64,000 bases of DNA from Octopus bimaculoides (taxonomy: Eukaryota). How positions within the stretch are numbered: position 1 is the first letter of the stretch; each line of letters begins with the position of its first letter. Below the pieces are notes generated by a model that worked only from the letters and a program-made list of their open reading frames with translations, had not been told where the DNA came from and ran no database searches. Location: NCBI RefSeq assembly GCF_001194135.2, contig NC_068994.1, forward strand, positions 54,299,157-54,363,156, written 5' to 3'. A program made the position numbers and the translations under genes. Positions 1 to 11,991 of the stretch are shown here, piece after piece.

Positions 1-19
1 TAAAATGTTTTTTGGAATT

Positions 20-205
20 GCATAGACAATATTTTCCGTAGGATATGAACACTTACCTAGAATCTGAGACAGGTAACAATCAATCCCTTTTGCTATTATT
101 CCCAGGGCACCTATGACAACAGGTATTGTTCTTTCCCTGATTTTCCCCATTTTGCCAGTTTCGATTTCAAGATCTTTATAATTGCTCAGCTTTTGGTAGG
201 TCTTG
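20..205 (-). mobile_element. 3' fragment of an RLE-type (R4/Dong-like) non-LTR retrotransposon ORF
   Basis: Minus-strand translation KTYQKLSNYKDLEIETGKMGKIRERTIPVVIGALGIIAKGIDCYLSQI matches the KY.DL..E...W......IPVVIGALG C-terminal motif of restriction-like endonuclease LINEs. Confidence 0.75.
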
Positions 206-271
206 ACGATTGGGACAGTTACGTCGATGAGGAGGCATGATTTTTGTCTGAAATCTTTCAATATAATGTCC

Positions 272-392
272 ACTGAGGTCAACTTGCCTTTCATCCTTTT
301 GGGGTCAACAAAACAAAGTACTAGTCAAGCACTGGGATTGAACTTACTTACCCCCTACCCTGAACTTGCTGGCCTTGTGCCAAAATTTGAAA

Positions 393-434
<42 letters not shown>

Positions 435-590
435 TGAGTTGAAATTCTGCCAAGGTTGACTTTGCCTTTCATCCTTTCGGGATCAATAAATTAAGTAGCA
501 ATGAAAGACTGGGGTTGATGTAATCGGCTAGTCCTCTCCCATCAAAATTCCGGGCCTTGTGCCTACATCAAAAAGGATTATCATTATTAT
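272..590 (+). mobile_element. Two head-to-tail 5'-truncated copies of SINE family A with (ATT)n tails
   Basis: Core GAGGTCAACTTTGCCTTTCATCCTTT..GGGTC..TAAA..AAGTAC..G recurs here and at more than 15 other sites in the window; compare the full copy at 45961-46198. Confidence 0.85.
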
Positions 591-1179
591 CATATAATTT
601 CTAGAAGTGTTTCATTAAATTGCTATGGTGGGTTCAAATTCCCTTCTGGGTGAGTTANNNNNNNNNNNNNNNNNNNNNNNNNNNNNNNNNNNNNNNNNNN
701 NNNNNNNNNNNNNNNNNNNNNNNNNNNNNNNNNNNNNNNNNNNNNNNNNNNNNNNNNNNNNNNNNNNNNNNNNNNNNNNNNNNNNNNNNNNNNNNNNNNN
801 NNNNNNNNNNNTTATCAATACACAATCACACACTCCAATGTGCCATCACTGTATCACATGGTTTATGGCAGGAGGCAGCAAGAGGCCTTATCCATCATCT
901 CCTCATCTGCTTAACACTATAAATGCCAGAGTTGAGTTAAGCATTAAAAGATTTCAAGCCAGTGACTCCCTAGATTTTGAAGGGATTAATATTTGTTTTT
1001 TTTTTGTTTCCTTTTTTAATAAAAGAGGATTAACATTTATATGCTGGGATTAACTTTTTAATTTTTCGTTTACTTTTAATATTTTTTTTTTAATTTTGCG
1101 TTTTTTTTTTTTAATAATGAATTAATAACTTTGGTTTATCAAAACTGTGACAAGGCTTATCTATATTAAGCAACCATGA

Positions 1180-1330
1180 TACCACCATCATCATTGTCGT
1201 TTTAACATCCATTTTTCCATGCTTGCATGGGTCAGGAGGAAATTGTTGAGGCAGATTTTCTATGGCTAGATGCCTTTTCTGTCACCGCCCTTCACCTTTT
1301 CCCAAGCAAGTTAATATTTTCTCATGAAGT
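1180..1330 (-). mobile_element. SINE/LINE-tail family C fragment with (GAT)n-tailed 3' end
   Basis: Reverse complement of ..AACCCATGC.AGCATGGAAA..GGA.GTTAAA.GATGATG, shared with 25500-26295 and 30690-30970. Confidence 0.7.
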
Positions 1331-1494
1331 CCAGAGAATTTTTCGTGGAAGATTCAAAATGAAGGACACTCTTTAATGACTATCACACAATATCAAGTTG
1401 AGGAGACACAAACACACATGCGCGTGCACACATACTCACACACACATGCATGTACACATGTGCTCTCACACACACACACACAAGCATCTAACCA

Positions 1495-1652
1495 AAAGGG
1501 GTTTTTCCAACCAAGAGATTGATTCCCGACCACATGGTTCCAGGTTCAGTCCTACTCTGTGGCACCTTGACCAAGTGTTTTCTACTACAGTCTCAGACTG
1601 ACCAAGCCCTCGTGAGAGGATTGTGAGTAGACAGGAACTGAAAGAAGTCTGT

Positions 1653-1683
<31 letters not shown>

Positions 1684-1945
1684 GTGTGTGTGTGTGTGTG
1701 TGTATGTCCATGTGTATGTCTTTGTGTCTGTGTGTGACACTCACTGTCACAGATTGGCAACCGGATTTGGTGTGCATATGTCCCCACAACTTAGCAGTTT
1801 GGCAAAAGCAATCAATAGAATAACTATCTGGCTTATAAAAAAAAAAGTCTTGGGGGTCAATTCGTTTAACTAAAATTCTTCAAGGTGTTGCTCCAGTATG
1901 GCGACAGTCAAACAACTTGAAAGGAGTAAAAGATAAAAGATAAAA
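1495..1945 (+). mobile_element. tRNA-derived SINE family B with internal (CA/TG)n microsatellite
   Basis: CACATGGTTCCAGGTTCAGTCC (B-box like), GGCACCTTG.CCAAGTGT, internal microsatellite, then GGTGTG..TATGTCCCC..AACTTAGCAGTTTGGCAAAAG and a TAAAAG tail; same architecture at 22127-22509, 52710-53240 and 61595-61880. Confidence 0.85.
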
Positions 1946-2125
1946 AAAGGACAGTCATTTGAACCTAAGGGATTATAATACTATCTGTGTATAAGAAACT
2001 CCCATATTTTTTTAACCTAATTTTTGATAAAAAAAGGATATCTTACACACTTTAATATATGGTAATTCCTATTTATTCATATTGTCTTGAATTAATCATG
2101 TATTATCTTATAACTTTGAAAGGTA

Positions 2126-2419
2126 GTCAGCTGGCAAAAATGTATTTCATCTGTCTTTACATTCTGAGTTCAAATTCCACTGAAGTTGACTTTGCTTTTC
2201 ATCCTTTCAGGGTTGATAAAATTAAGTACCAGTTGCATACTGGGGTCGATCTAATCGACTGCCCCACCTCCCCCAAAATTTCGGGCCTTGTGCCTAGAGT
2301 AGAAAAGAATCGCTGACAAGGGCAAAGGCGGCGAGCTGGCAGAAACGTTAGCACACCAGGCGAAATGCTTAGAGGCATTTTGTCTGTCTTTACGTTCTGA
2401 GTTCAAATTCTGCCGAGGT
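2126..2419 (+). mobile_element. Two tandem SINE family A copies, the second running into a gap
   Basis: GGCGGCGAGCTGGCAGAAACGTTAGCAC head at 2327; the first copy ends in the AGTAGAAAAGAAT tail. Confidence 0.9.
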
Positions 2420-2884
2420 NNNNNNNNNNNNNNNNNNNNNNNNNNNNNNNNNNNNNNNNNNNNNNNNNNNNNNNNNNNNNNNNNNNNNNNNNNNNNNNNN
2501 NNNNNNNNNNNNNNNNNNNNNNNNNNNNNNNNNNNNNNNNNNNNNNNNNNNNNNNNNNNNNNNNNNNNNNNNNNNNNNNNNNNNNNNNNNNNNNNNNNNN
2601 NNNNNNNNNNNNNNNNNNNNNNNNNNNNNNNNNNNNNNNNNNNNNNNNNNNNNNNNNNNNNNNNNNNNNNNNNNNNNNNNNNNNNNNNNNNNNNNNNNNN
2701 NNNNNNNNNNNNNNNNNNNNNNNNNNNNNNNNNNNNNNNNNNNNNNNNNNNNGATATTTTAATGAGGAATAAATAAATGAATAAATAAATAAACGAACTG
2801 TGTTTGGAGTAAAGTTAATGCTTCCTTGGAAGTGAAATTAGAATGTTTACGAAGATTTAAACATGCATCTGATCTTCCCTTTCC

Positions 2885-3120
2885 ATGTCAGCCCCTACCA
2901 TCCCTGCCACCACCACCATCACCATCACCACTGCAGCCACCACTTCTACCACCTCCACCACTACCATCATCATCACCACCATCCCTACCACTGCTACCAC
3001 AACTACCACCAGAATCACACTAACACCATAACCATCATCTCTACCACCTCAATCACCACTACAGCTGCCACTACCACCACCACCACCACCACTACCACCA
3101 CAAACACCTCCACTACCATC
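2885..3120. repeat. Degenerate (CAC/CAT)n trinucleotide low-complexity tract
   Basis: Directly visible; explains the poly-His/Pro/Thr ORFs at 2826-3123. Confidence 0.9.
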
Positions 3121-3553
3121 TAATCAATACCGAGAAATAATATCCAATTTGTTTTCCATTTCGGAAGTTTGTTTGTTTGTTTGTTTATTTATTTATTTAT
3201 TCCTATCATCACCACTGCCACTGCCGTCACCACCACCACCACCACCCCTTCCATAGTTTATTTTATTCTTACTTTATGCTTCATAGAATGACTCAGGCTA
3301 ATCTGGAAGGATACTCAACCCGTGAAATTAATCATTGTTCAAAATCTCTACGATTAATATAAAGAGGAAAAAGTTGTTTCGACTAAAATTATCAAAAAAA
3401 CAAAAAAAACAGCATACACAAAAAAAAAATGGAGCTTTACTTACGGCATGGTGAACTAAAAGTTTAAGAAAATAATGATGATGATGATTATGATGGGGAT
3501 GATAGCAGCCTACACCTCAAGAACAGGGAGGTGCATGAGTTGGTGTAGCAGAA

Positions 3554-3624
<71 letters not shown>

Positions 3625-3626
<2 letters not shown>

Positions 3627-3855
3627 TTTAAGGAATGGAGAAAACGCATGTTATAATTGCATACTTTATTCCTACATATGTTTCAAAGGATTACAACCTG
3701 TGTGATCCATAGGGATCTGTGATATTAAAGTTGTTACCTTCTCTTCAGGGAATGCATGGGAATCATCTCAAACGTAAGACATTATGACAGAGTATGAAAC
3801 CAATAGATGGATAAGGTTATGACGTGATTCATTTGTAAAAAAACCATTAGAGAAT
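3625..3855 (-). mobile_element. Penelope-like terminal-repeat fragment, inverted copy of 4252-4481
   Basis: Reverse complement aligns to 4252-4481 with about 9 substitutions and one 1-bp indel; contains a hammerhead fold followed by AATAAA. Confidence 0.7.
3668..3753 (-). ncRNA. Type I hammerhead ribozyme (intact core, GUA cleavage triplet)
   Basis: Minus strand reads AUUCC-CUGAAGA-[GAAGGUAACAAC...GUUGUAAUCCUUU]-GAA-ACAUAUGU-A-GGAAU. Helix I is AUUCC/GGAAU, both conserved boxes are present, helix III is palindromic. Confidence 0.8.
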
Positions 3856-4224
3856 AGTATTCAAACACATGTGTGTTTACGTATGTGTTTGAATACATGT
3901 ATGTATATGTATATGCGTATCTGTTTATTTGGTTATAGGCGTAGATGTATATGTATGTGTATGTGTATGTGTCTATTTCTATTTATATATATATATATAA
4001 TATGTGTGTATGGGGACATGCACACACATATGTATATTTGTATATGCGTAGGTACGTATGTGCATATGTGTAAATGTGGGCGTATGTGTGTATATGTGTG
4101 TGTATATATATATATATATACACATATATATGTATATATATGTGTATGCATATACATGTGTGTGTATATATATGTGTATGTAATTGTGTATGCATGTATG
4201 TATATACATTTATATGTATGTGTT

Positions 4225-4526
4225 GTCCAACCCACTACCCGGTAGCGTCCAATTCTCTAACGGTTTTTTTCAAATGAATCAAGTCATAACCTTATCCATC
4301 TATTGTTTTCATAATCGGTCATAATGTCTTACGTTTAAGATGATTCCCATGCATTCCCTGAAGAGAAGGTTACAATTTTAATATCAAAGATCCCTATGGA
4401 TCACACAGGTTGTAATCCTTTGAAACATATGTAGGAATAAAGTATGCAATTATAACATGCGTTTTCTCCATTCCTTAAATTTTTATAAATATACTCAAAT
4501 ACCCAAAATTTCAAGGAGTTTCTACC
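4225..4526 (+). mobile_element. Penelope-like terminal-repeat fragment running into a gap
   Basis: Carries the hammerhead at 4353-4438 and AATAAA at 4436-4441; continues past the end of its inverted partner. Confidence 0.65.
4353..4438 (+). ncRNA. Type I hammerhead ribozyme (intact core, predicted cleavage 3' of A4433)
   Basis: ATTCC(4353-57) CTGAAGA(4358-64) GAAGGTTACAA...TTGTAATCCTTT (helix II, 4365-75/4410-21, with internal GATCC-CTAT-GGATC hairpin) GAA(4422-24) ACATATGT A GGAAT(4434-38). Confidence 0.82.
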
Positions 4527-5606
4527 NNNNNNNNNNNNNNNNNNNNNNNNNNNNNNNNNNNNNNNNNNNNNNNNNNNNNNNNNNNNNNNNNNNNNNNNNN
4601 NNNNNNNNNNNNNNNNNNNNNNNNNNNNNNNNNNNNNNNNNNNNNNNNNNNNNNNNNNNNNNNNNNNNNNNNNNNNNNNNNNNNNNNNNNNNNNNNNNNN
4701 NNNNNNNNNNNNNNNNNNNNNNNNNNNNNNNNNNNNNNNNNNNNNNNNNNNNNNNNNNNNNNNNNNNNNNNNNNNNNNNNNNNNNNNNNNNNNNNNNNNN
4801 NNNNNNNNNNNNNNNNNNNNNNNNNNNNNNNNNNNNNNNNNNNNNNNNNNNNNNNNNNNNNNNNNNNNNNNNNNNNNNNNNNNNNNNNNNNNNNNNNNNN
4901 NNNNNNNNNNNNNNATATATTCATGTACGTATATACATATGCATATACACACACACACACACACATATACAAGGTGCAGTGAATATATTGTCTAAATTAT
5001 GCAAAAATGAAAATAACACTGACATCTCATTTTAATAGAAAATAATCGCCAACAATTCACATGTGGTTACATTTTGAAATATATATATATATAGTAGTGG
5101 TGAAGGCAAACAAAGACATGCACACACACACAGAGTTCAAAACCCAGCAAGGTCAACTTTGTCTTTCATCTTTTCAGGGTCAATAAAGTAAAATACCAGT
5201 GAAGTACAGGGTTCAATGGTAGTGAAAAAGCAGATAAGAATAGTAAATACCAGTTATAAACTGGAGTCAACTCAATCATTATACTATTTCATCTTTTCCA
5301 AAAAGCAAAACAAAAAAAAAACCCCAAAAATAAAAAAATTTGCCTTGTGGCCATCTGAGATTGTAATAAGAAGCTTGTCTCAATTCGTTACTGATTTTAG
5401 ATTTAGTTATTAATTATAATCCCCCTCTTCTGATTCATAGACAACATACTATTGCCACTCCCTCCCCCCTTTCTAGGAGTGGGAATCAATATTGCCCCCA
5501 GTGTACTAAAGTTTTGTTCATTTCTTGAATTGGAATTATGAGATTTGGTACAAAAATATAAACAACAACAGTAATAATAATAAGGACAACAACAATGATA
5601 ATAATA

Positions 5607-5805
5607 ATGGTTTCAAATTTTGCCACAAGGGCAGCCATTTTTTTTGGGGGGGGGGCGAGTCAATTACATGGAGCCTAGCGTTTCACTGGTACTTAATTTA
5701 TTGACCCCGGAAGGATGAAAGGCAAAGTCGACCTTGGTAGAATTTGAACTCAGAACATAGCAATAGAAATGCCACTAAGCTTTTTACCTGGTGTGCTAAT
5801 GGTGC
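5607..5805 (-). mobile_element. SINE family A
   Basis: Reverse complement of the family A core (GGATGAAAGGCAAAGTCGACCTTGG..GAATTTGAACTCAGAAC on plus). Confidence 0.85.
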
Positions 5806-5840
5806 AGCTAACTCACTGTTTTAATAATAATGATAATGAT

Positions 5841-6080
5841 GAACATAAACGCGAAGGTATCTTCAAAAATGATAATGCAAAAATCCTGTGGGATTTTATG
5901 ATTCAGTGCAACCATGCGATAGAGAATACGAAGCCAGACATAGTGTTAATTGAGAAAGAGAACAAACTATGCTGGATCATAGATATAGTATGCCCAGCTG
6001 ACAACAAGGTATGCAATAAGGAAGAAAGAAAAGTCGATAGATATGATAGGTTAGCTTGGGAGTTTAAGCAGAAATTATGG
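5841..6080 (+). mobile_element. RLE endonuclease-domain fragment of an R4-like non-LTR retrotransposon
   Basis: NAKILWDFMIQCNHAIENTKPDIVLIEKENKLCWIIDIVCP...KVDRYDRLAWE contains the ILWDF..PDIV..IID PD-(D/E)xK-type signature. Confidence 0.8.
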
Positions 6081-6400
6081 GATGCCATCAAAGCAGAGAG
6101 GCGTGGAATGCTGATCAAAGGAGTTTGCCTCCTCCAAGACAATGCCCCAGTTCACAATGCACACGAAATCCTTCCTCATCCCCCTTACTCTCCAGACCTC
6201 GGACCATCTGACTTCCACCTCTTCTAACCATTAAGTTTTTTTTTTTTTGAGGGAGAAGCACTTTTCGGATGATGATGAACTTATTTCCGAGGTAAAGTCT
6301 TGGCTCCAGACACAACCTTCCGACTTCTATAGACGAGGTCTTCACAGCTGCACAAAGCGATGGGAGAAGTGTGTCACCATTGGTGGTGGTGGCAATGTGG
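6068..6400 (+). mobile_element. Mariner transposase C-terminal relic, internally deleted and with stops
   Basis: LLQDNAPVH...LPHPPYSPDLGPSDFHLF, then ..DDDELISEVKSWL...FY..G...KRWEKCV. Confidence 0.85.
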
Positions 6401-7059
6401 GGAAGGACTAATCATAATGCCAAGTTTCGTTTATCTCAGTCCTTGAAAAGAGGGTTAGGGGAAACCTTTAATGAACACCCCTTCGTACATACATACACAC
6501 ACACACACACTCACAGATATACAATGTCAGTAAACAATTATTATATATACGCTTTTTGTGCTCATTTTCTTTAACAGACTAATGTGACCTGTGTTGTTTA
6601 AACGATAAAACAATAAATAAACATTTCAGATAATATATTGTAACATTACATGACTTCACGAACGTCATTAAATTTTCTCATGTAACAGGCAATAAACGTT
6701 TCTGATGTGTGTATTTTAACGATGTCTTTTTAAAGTGTAAAATACGTAATTGAGCATGTTTTTGCTGGTCATCGATATAACCTGGTGTCAAGCAACAACG
6801 ATGAATGTATAATTGTACAACTGAAGTGTTTTATTAGTTTATTAATGTCTATTTAATTCCCTCCCATGTAGCAGTAAAAATGCTTACACAGCTCACCAGA
6901 CTGTCCTAAATACAAACAGGCAGAGGTAGAAACGATCAAATTCTTCAACAACTTAGTTATGTTTCAAATTATGAATCAGTAAAAGTCATAATTTTATTTT
7001 TTGTTTCTTTTTACAGTGATTTGCATATCGTGTTTTTTTTTTGTTGTTTTTTTTTGTGG

Positions 7060-7440
7060 TTGTGAGGCAAGAGGTTTGCTTAGAGCTACAGCAGAAGACA
7101 CTTGCCCAAGGCGCCCACCACGCAGTGTAACTGAATCCATATATGCGTGGTTGGGAAGCAAAACTTCCTCTCACATAGCTGCGCCTCCGCCTATGTACAC
7201 ACACACACACACGTGTTTGTGTTAGAGTTGGTGTTTGTCCCCCACCACCGCTTGACAACTGGTGTTGGTTTGTTTACGTCGTTGTAACTTTACAGTTCAG
7301 CAAAAGGAGACCGTTAGAATAAGTACCAGACTTTAAAAACAAATAGGTACTGTGGTCGATTTTTTTCGGCTGAACTATTGAAGACGGTGTTCCAGCATGG
7401 CCGCTTTCCAATGACTAAAACAAATAACAGATTTTTAAAA
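7060..7440. mobile_element. SINE family B pieces in opposite orientations around a (CA)n tract
   Basis: 7060-7200 matches the family B head on minus; 7215-7440 matches the family B 3' half on plus. Confidence 0.75.
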
Positions 7441-9519
7441 ACCATAAACAAGAGAACTCAGAGAGAAATCTGTGATAGTGCTTTCAGATTTTGGCACAAG
7501 GCCAGCAAGTTCGGAAGGAGAGGGAGTAAGTCGATTACATGGACCCAGTGCTCAACTGGTACTTATTTTATCGACGCTGAAAGGATAAAAGGCAAAGTGG
7601 GCCCCAGCGGAATTTGAACTCAGAAACGTAAAGACAGATGAAATCTATCTATTTCTATCTATCCTCTTTGTACCAGCTGATACATGAGGCCTTCACACTC
7701 GTTTTCCATTAGTCCCTCTGCTTTGCAAGTTTTCTTGCCACATTCCATGATGACCATCCAGCTTGATCCCTTTCCTTTTCCACTGTCTTTCTCCATGTGC
7801 TTTTTGGTCTACCAACTTTTCTCTTCCCCTCAGGTCACTGTAGATATAATATCAAAAGCCACAAAACTGCAGTATTTGTCCCGAGAAAGCTTCTTGTATA
7901 GACATACAGTGCTAAAAAGCATTGTAAGTCGAAAAGCTTCCTGCAGCAGTGGTAGAATAACTAAACCATGATGTCTGTGTCCTTGTACATCATCAGTAGT
8001 AAGTATTCACTAAAAATCGCATGCTTAGGCAAAGTTAGCCTTTACTGATATAGCGAAACAGTGATTAACAAACCACTGGTGTCGCAAATGGCTGGCAGGA
8101 TGGGTAAAAATTCATTATTAACGATGGAAGCAACATTAGTCCAGAATAGAACTCTGCGTATTTTACTTAGTGCATATATAAACTAAAAGAAAGCCACAAC
8201 ACTGTGGTATTCATCTTGAGAAAGCTTTTCTTATCAATGCATAGTGCTAAAAATCACAGAAGTCGATTAGCAGTAGATGAATAGCTTTCAGCAGTGATGA
8301 TGGAACAGCTAAATCACATATCCGTTTCACTTATTCGAAATATCCAACTCCATTTTTGTATTTTTCTGGATTGTTTTGATTCTTTTTTTTTTATGACTTC
8401 AATATTTTTACGGATGTTTTCTGAATTTATTTTATCTGCGGAGTGGGGGAGGAGATGAGGTCATTATTATTCTTTGTAATGTATCACTAGGCATATGAAA
8501 TACTTTTTTTTCTGTCCGTCATCGACTACATCTATCCTTGCCTGATCTGTCTAAAATCAGGCGTTCTTAACCCTATTCATTCCATTTACCCCCAGCAACT
8601 TCTTTTTTTCAAAAAGAATTTACTCCCCACCACCACCATCACCATCGCTCTGTTTTGTTCCATATTTGGGTTTATACTGCTACCGTAATAAAACCAACAA
8701 CACACAAAGGTAATTTAAAATACTGCTTTTAAACATGATTATTTTTAAGATCAAATAACAATGAAAATAGCCACATAACAATGTTATCCCACCTCTTTAT
8801 CAACTAATTATGAAGAAATTCTGTGTTGTTAATGGGGTGTCTTCTTAATTAGACTACTCCATTAGCAACACGGTCATTAAGAGGTATAGAATACAGATCG
8901 TTCAATCCATAGTGACAAAAGGAAAAACAGATTTGGTATTTTTTAAACAAAGTAGGCCTACTTCATGTTTTCTTCTCAATTCCAGAAATTTAAAAATTCT
9001 AATTATATATATTATTATAAATGAAGGCACGTGACTCAGTGGTTAGAGGTATTGAATGCGTTTTAGAAGAGTTAACATGTAGAGTGCGGGCCCCTCAGAA
9101 CTCCGGGCCGTGTCCGATTGACCGACGGCTCAGTCCACCCCTGCTGATGAATAACCTTATCCGAAACGTTACATGTTGCTCGTTGCAAATCATTTCATTT
9201 CATTTTTGAAAATGTCGAAATGCTTAACGTAATGTGTTTCTTTCGTTTTGTTTTTGCTCGGCTTTTAATCGTGTTTTTTTTTAATGTCTTTCTTTTTGTG
9301 TTCTTTTTCCTTATTCATATCAGTGTTAATAAGAAAATTTGTCTCACGAACAATGTATTAATGCTTGTTATTACATTTGTTAGACTATAATTATTATCAT
9401 GTAGATTATTATCTGAAATAAATACACACTTTAATTTCTTGAGGTCAACGTAAGAAGATAATAAAAACTGCGACAAGACAAGAGCAATCATCAAAGAAGA
9501 TACAGATAAGCCGATGGGA

Positions 9520-9576
<57 letters not shown>

Positions 9577-10010
9577 AAAGGAGTAGGATTATTAATAATA
9601 CAAAAGAAAAATGAGGGTGAGATAAGAAAAGAAATGGCGGAAGGAAAATTGTAAAAAAAAAATAAACGGCGAAATGGACACACACTTACGTTCATTGACT
9701 TATGCAATATACATACACACAGTGCATTTGATGTACTAGCATACAAACATAAACACACATTAACACATATACTTATACATGGAATACGATGCTAAAAACA
9801 AAGAATTAAAAGAGATACGTAGACGAAAGAGGAATAAAGTTATAGAAAGAGATTTGTAGAAAGAAGGATGTAAAATGAGAAAAGGAAATGGTAGAAAAGG
9901 GTAGGGGAGTTTATTTTAGGTTGTTGTTTTTTAAAACAGTGCCGGAAAGCGGGGGATGTTGGGAAAGACATGACAGAAGAGAAAAACAGAGAGAGAACAT
10001 ATATATATAT

Positions 10011-10097
<87 letters not shown>

Positions 10098-10169
10098 GAC
10101 AGACAGAGTAAGTAATAAAATTACAGAACAGAAAACTTATGTACAACAGCACAAACAGTAGATACAATA

Positions 10170-10385
10170 TATATTACGGAGCTGTACTTGCAGAGCAAGT
10201 GACCTGATCTGAGATCGTGTGCTGGAACGAAAACAATTGCAGCGTAGGAAGTGTTTATAAGCCATTTAAGAAACACACAAAAACCTTTAGATTCACATCA
10301 ACATTTAAATTTAATTTGCTAAAATATTTTCGTCGCTTTGAGACCGTGACCTGTTCACTGACAAAATTCCGTGCTGCATCCTCTT
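10170..10385 (+). repeat. Dispersed repeat with an inverted, diverged second copy at about 27280-27500
   Basis: GTGACCTGATCTGAGATCGTGTGCTGGAA..AAAACAATTGCAGCGT...CTGACAAAATTCCGTGCT is found reverse-complemented at 27280-27500. Confidence 0.8.
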
Positions 10386-10479
10386 CCAAGTAGCATTGAT
10401 GTAGCGACCTTTGAGATTTTATCCGGGTAAATCTTATGTATGAAAAACCATTCAAAGCACCCATTTCGTATTCTTAAAA

Positions 10480-11200
10480 ATTATTCCACTAAAACAATTT
10501 TGACAATCTTTTAGGTCGAAGTATCATTCATCTGAGTAAGGAATATGTACGGCTATACATCGGTATCTTAAGGTTTCAGAGAAATCATTAAATGTCAGAG
10601 ATATACACGACCCAGTAGGAGGAATTTCAAAAGAAAGGCCACGTGGTATAATCCACCATATTCAAATATAAACATACACATGTAAAAACATTCTAAAAAT
10701 TCGTTCTTTCTGTACATGAGTAAAGAAAAATTTCTACCGAAACTCTCTTAAAATAAGCTACTCAAGGCCTAATATCCATTAATAAGAAAATAATGAATAT
10801 TTCGAACCTGTAGAACATGGAAATGCAATTACCACTCACGAGGAGAAAGGAAACTATCTGGAGAAATAAAATCAATAAGTAACCGTTGGCACATCTAACA
10901 TTAACCAGAACGGCATTGGTTACATATGACTGTTAACTAATTTAAAAACAAACTCAATGTCATAACACAAAGTAGATTGAACCAAAAAGAAAGCACATTG
11001 CAGCTTTTTGAAAATTACCTGTACACTCCATATCATGAAGTGGCAACCTTTAGATAAGGCACCAGGTTTTACACAATCAAATGTTTTATATGGTCTTTGT
11101 ACCTTGGGATGGGTATTGGTACTTCAACATCAAACCAAAATATTGAAGGAGTACAAATAATTGCTTCATGCACTCAATACGAAGAGACTTAAAAATTCAT
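10480..11200 (+). mobile_element. Degenerate Penelope-like retroelement ORF (end of RT to GIY-YIG C-terminal region)
   Basis: Frameshifted translations RKATWYNPPYS (about 10635-10664), YRNSLKISYSRPN (10735-10773) and MKWQPLDKAPGFTQSN..GLC (from 11035) resemble Penelope WFNPPYS, NTLKISYSCMPN and KWQI..K motifs. Confidence 0.7.
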
Positions 11201-11900
11201 AACATCTTAGAAAGACAATGACGTTTTCTTTTCATCTCATTTTCCTTCAAATTATATCTTGCGCAAATTAGCAACAATGATAGTGAAGATTATATCATAC
11301 GGGTGTCTTATGTACATCTTCCCAAATAAAAGGAATATACAGTAATTCAAAGAACCAGAAGACGTCTCTTCAAAACTGACCATTTCCAGAAGTTTATTTA
11401 GGAGAAAGAAAACTCTGAAACCGAGAAGACGACCTTCTGTGTGTATGCCTTGGTGTGTGTGTTCGTATATGCGTGTATGTATTTGTGTATGTGTGGCTAC
11501 GGTTCTTATCTATGTACGATACGAAAAATGTCACACACACCCGCAAAAAAAAAAATGAAAGGTAAAATTTGAAGGGTAGCATTATACACGAGTGTATAAA
11601 TAAATAAATAAATAAATGAAAAATCAAACGATAAAATATATTGATTTTTAAGTGTACGAAAAATGACAGTTGCTTTATTTTGGAGATCACATTTTACTGG
11701 AGTAAACGAAGTACACGTATTCACGCACATACGCGCGCACGCACAAACACACGAAGATATTGTCAGCTGGCTATTACACCTATATATATATGGTGTTTAC
11801 GCAGTGACTGTCACGTACACCGATTAAGCTGATGACTTGTTTGCTTATCTCGGGCACACGCTCATACACACAGGTATATATGGGAAAAATTATTAAAAAC

Positions 11901-11991
11901 CAAAAAAGCCAATAATTTATTTCGATTTATATACATTATTTGATTTATAAATAATTCATATGCATGTATACAAGTCTCTTCAGGGTTTTGG
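11901..11991 (-). ncRNA. Candidate type I hammerhead ribozyme (AUU triplet), second family
   Basis: Minus strand reads CCAAAACC-CUGAAGA-GACUUGUAUACAU...AUGUAUAUAAAUC (12 of 13 pairs)-GAA-AUAAAUUAU-U-GGCUUUUUUGG; helix I has a 1-nt bulge. Confidence 0.55.
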
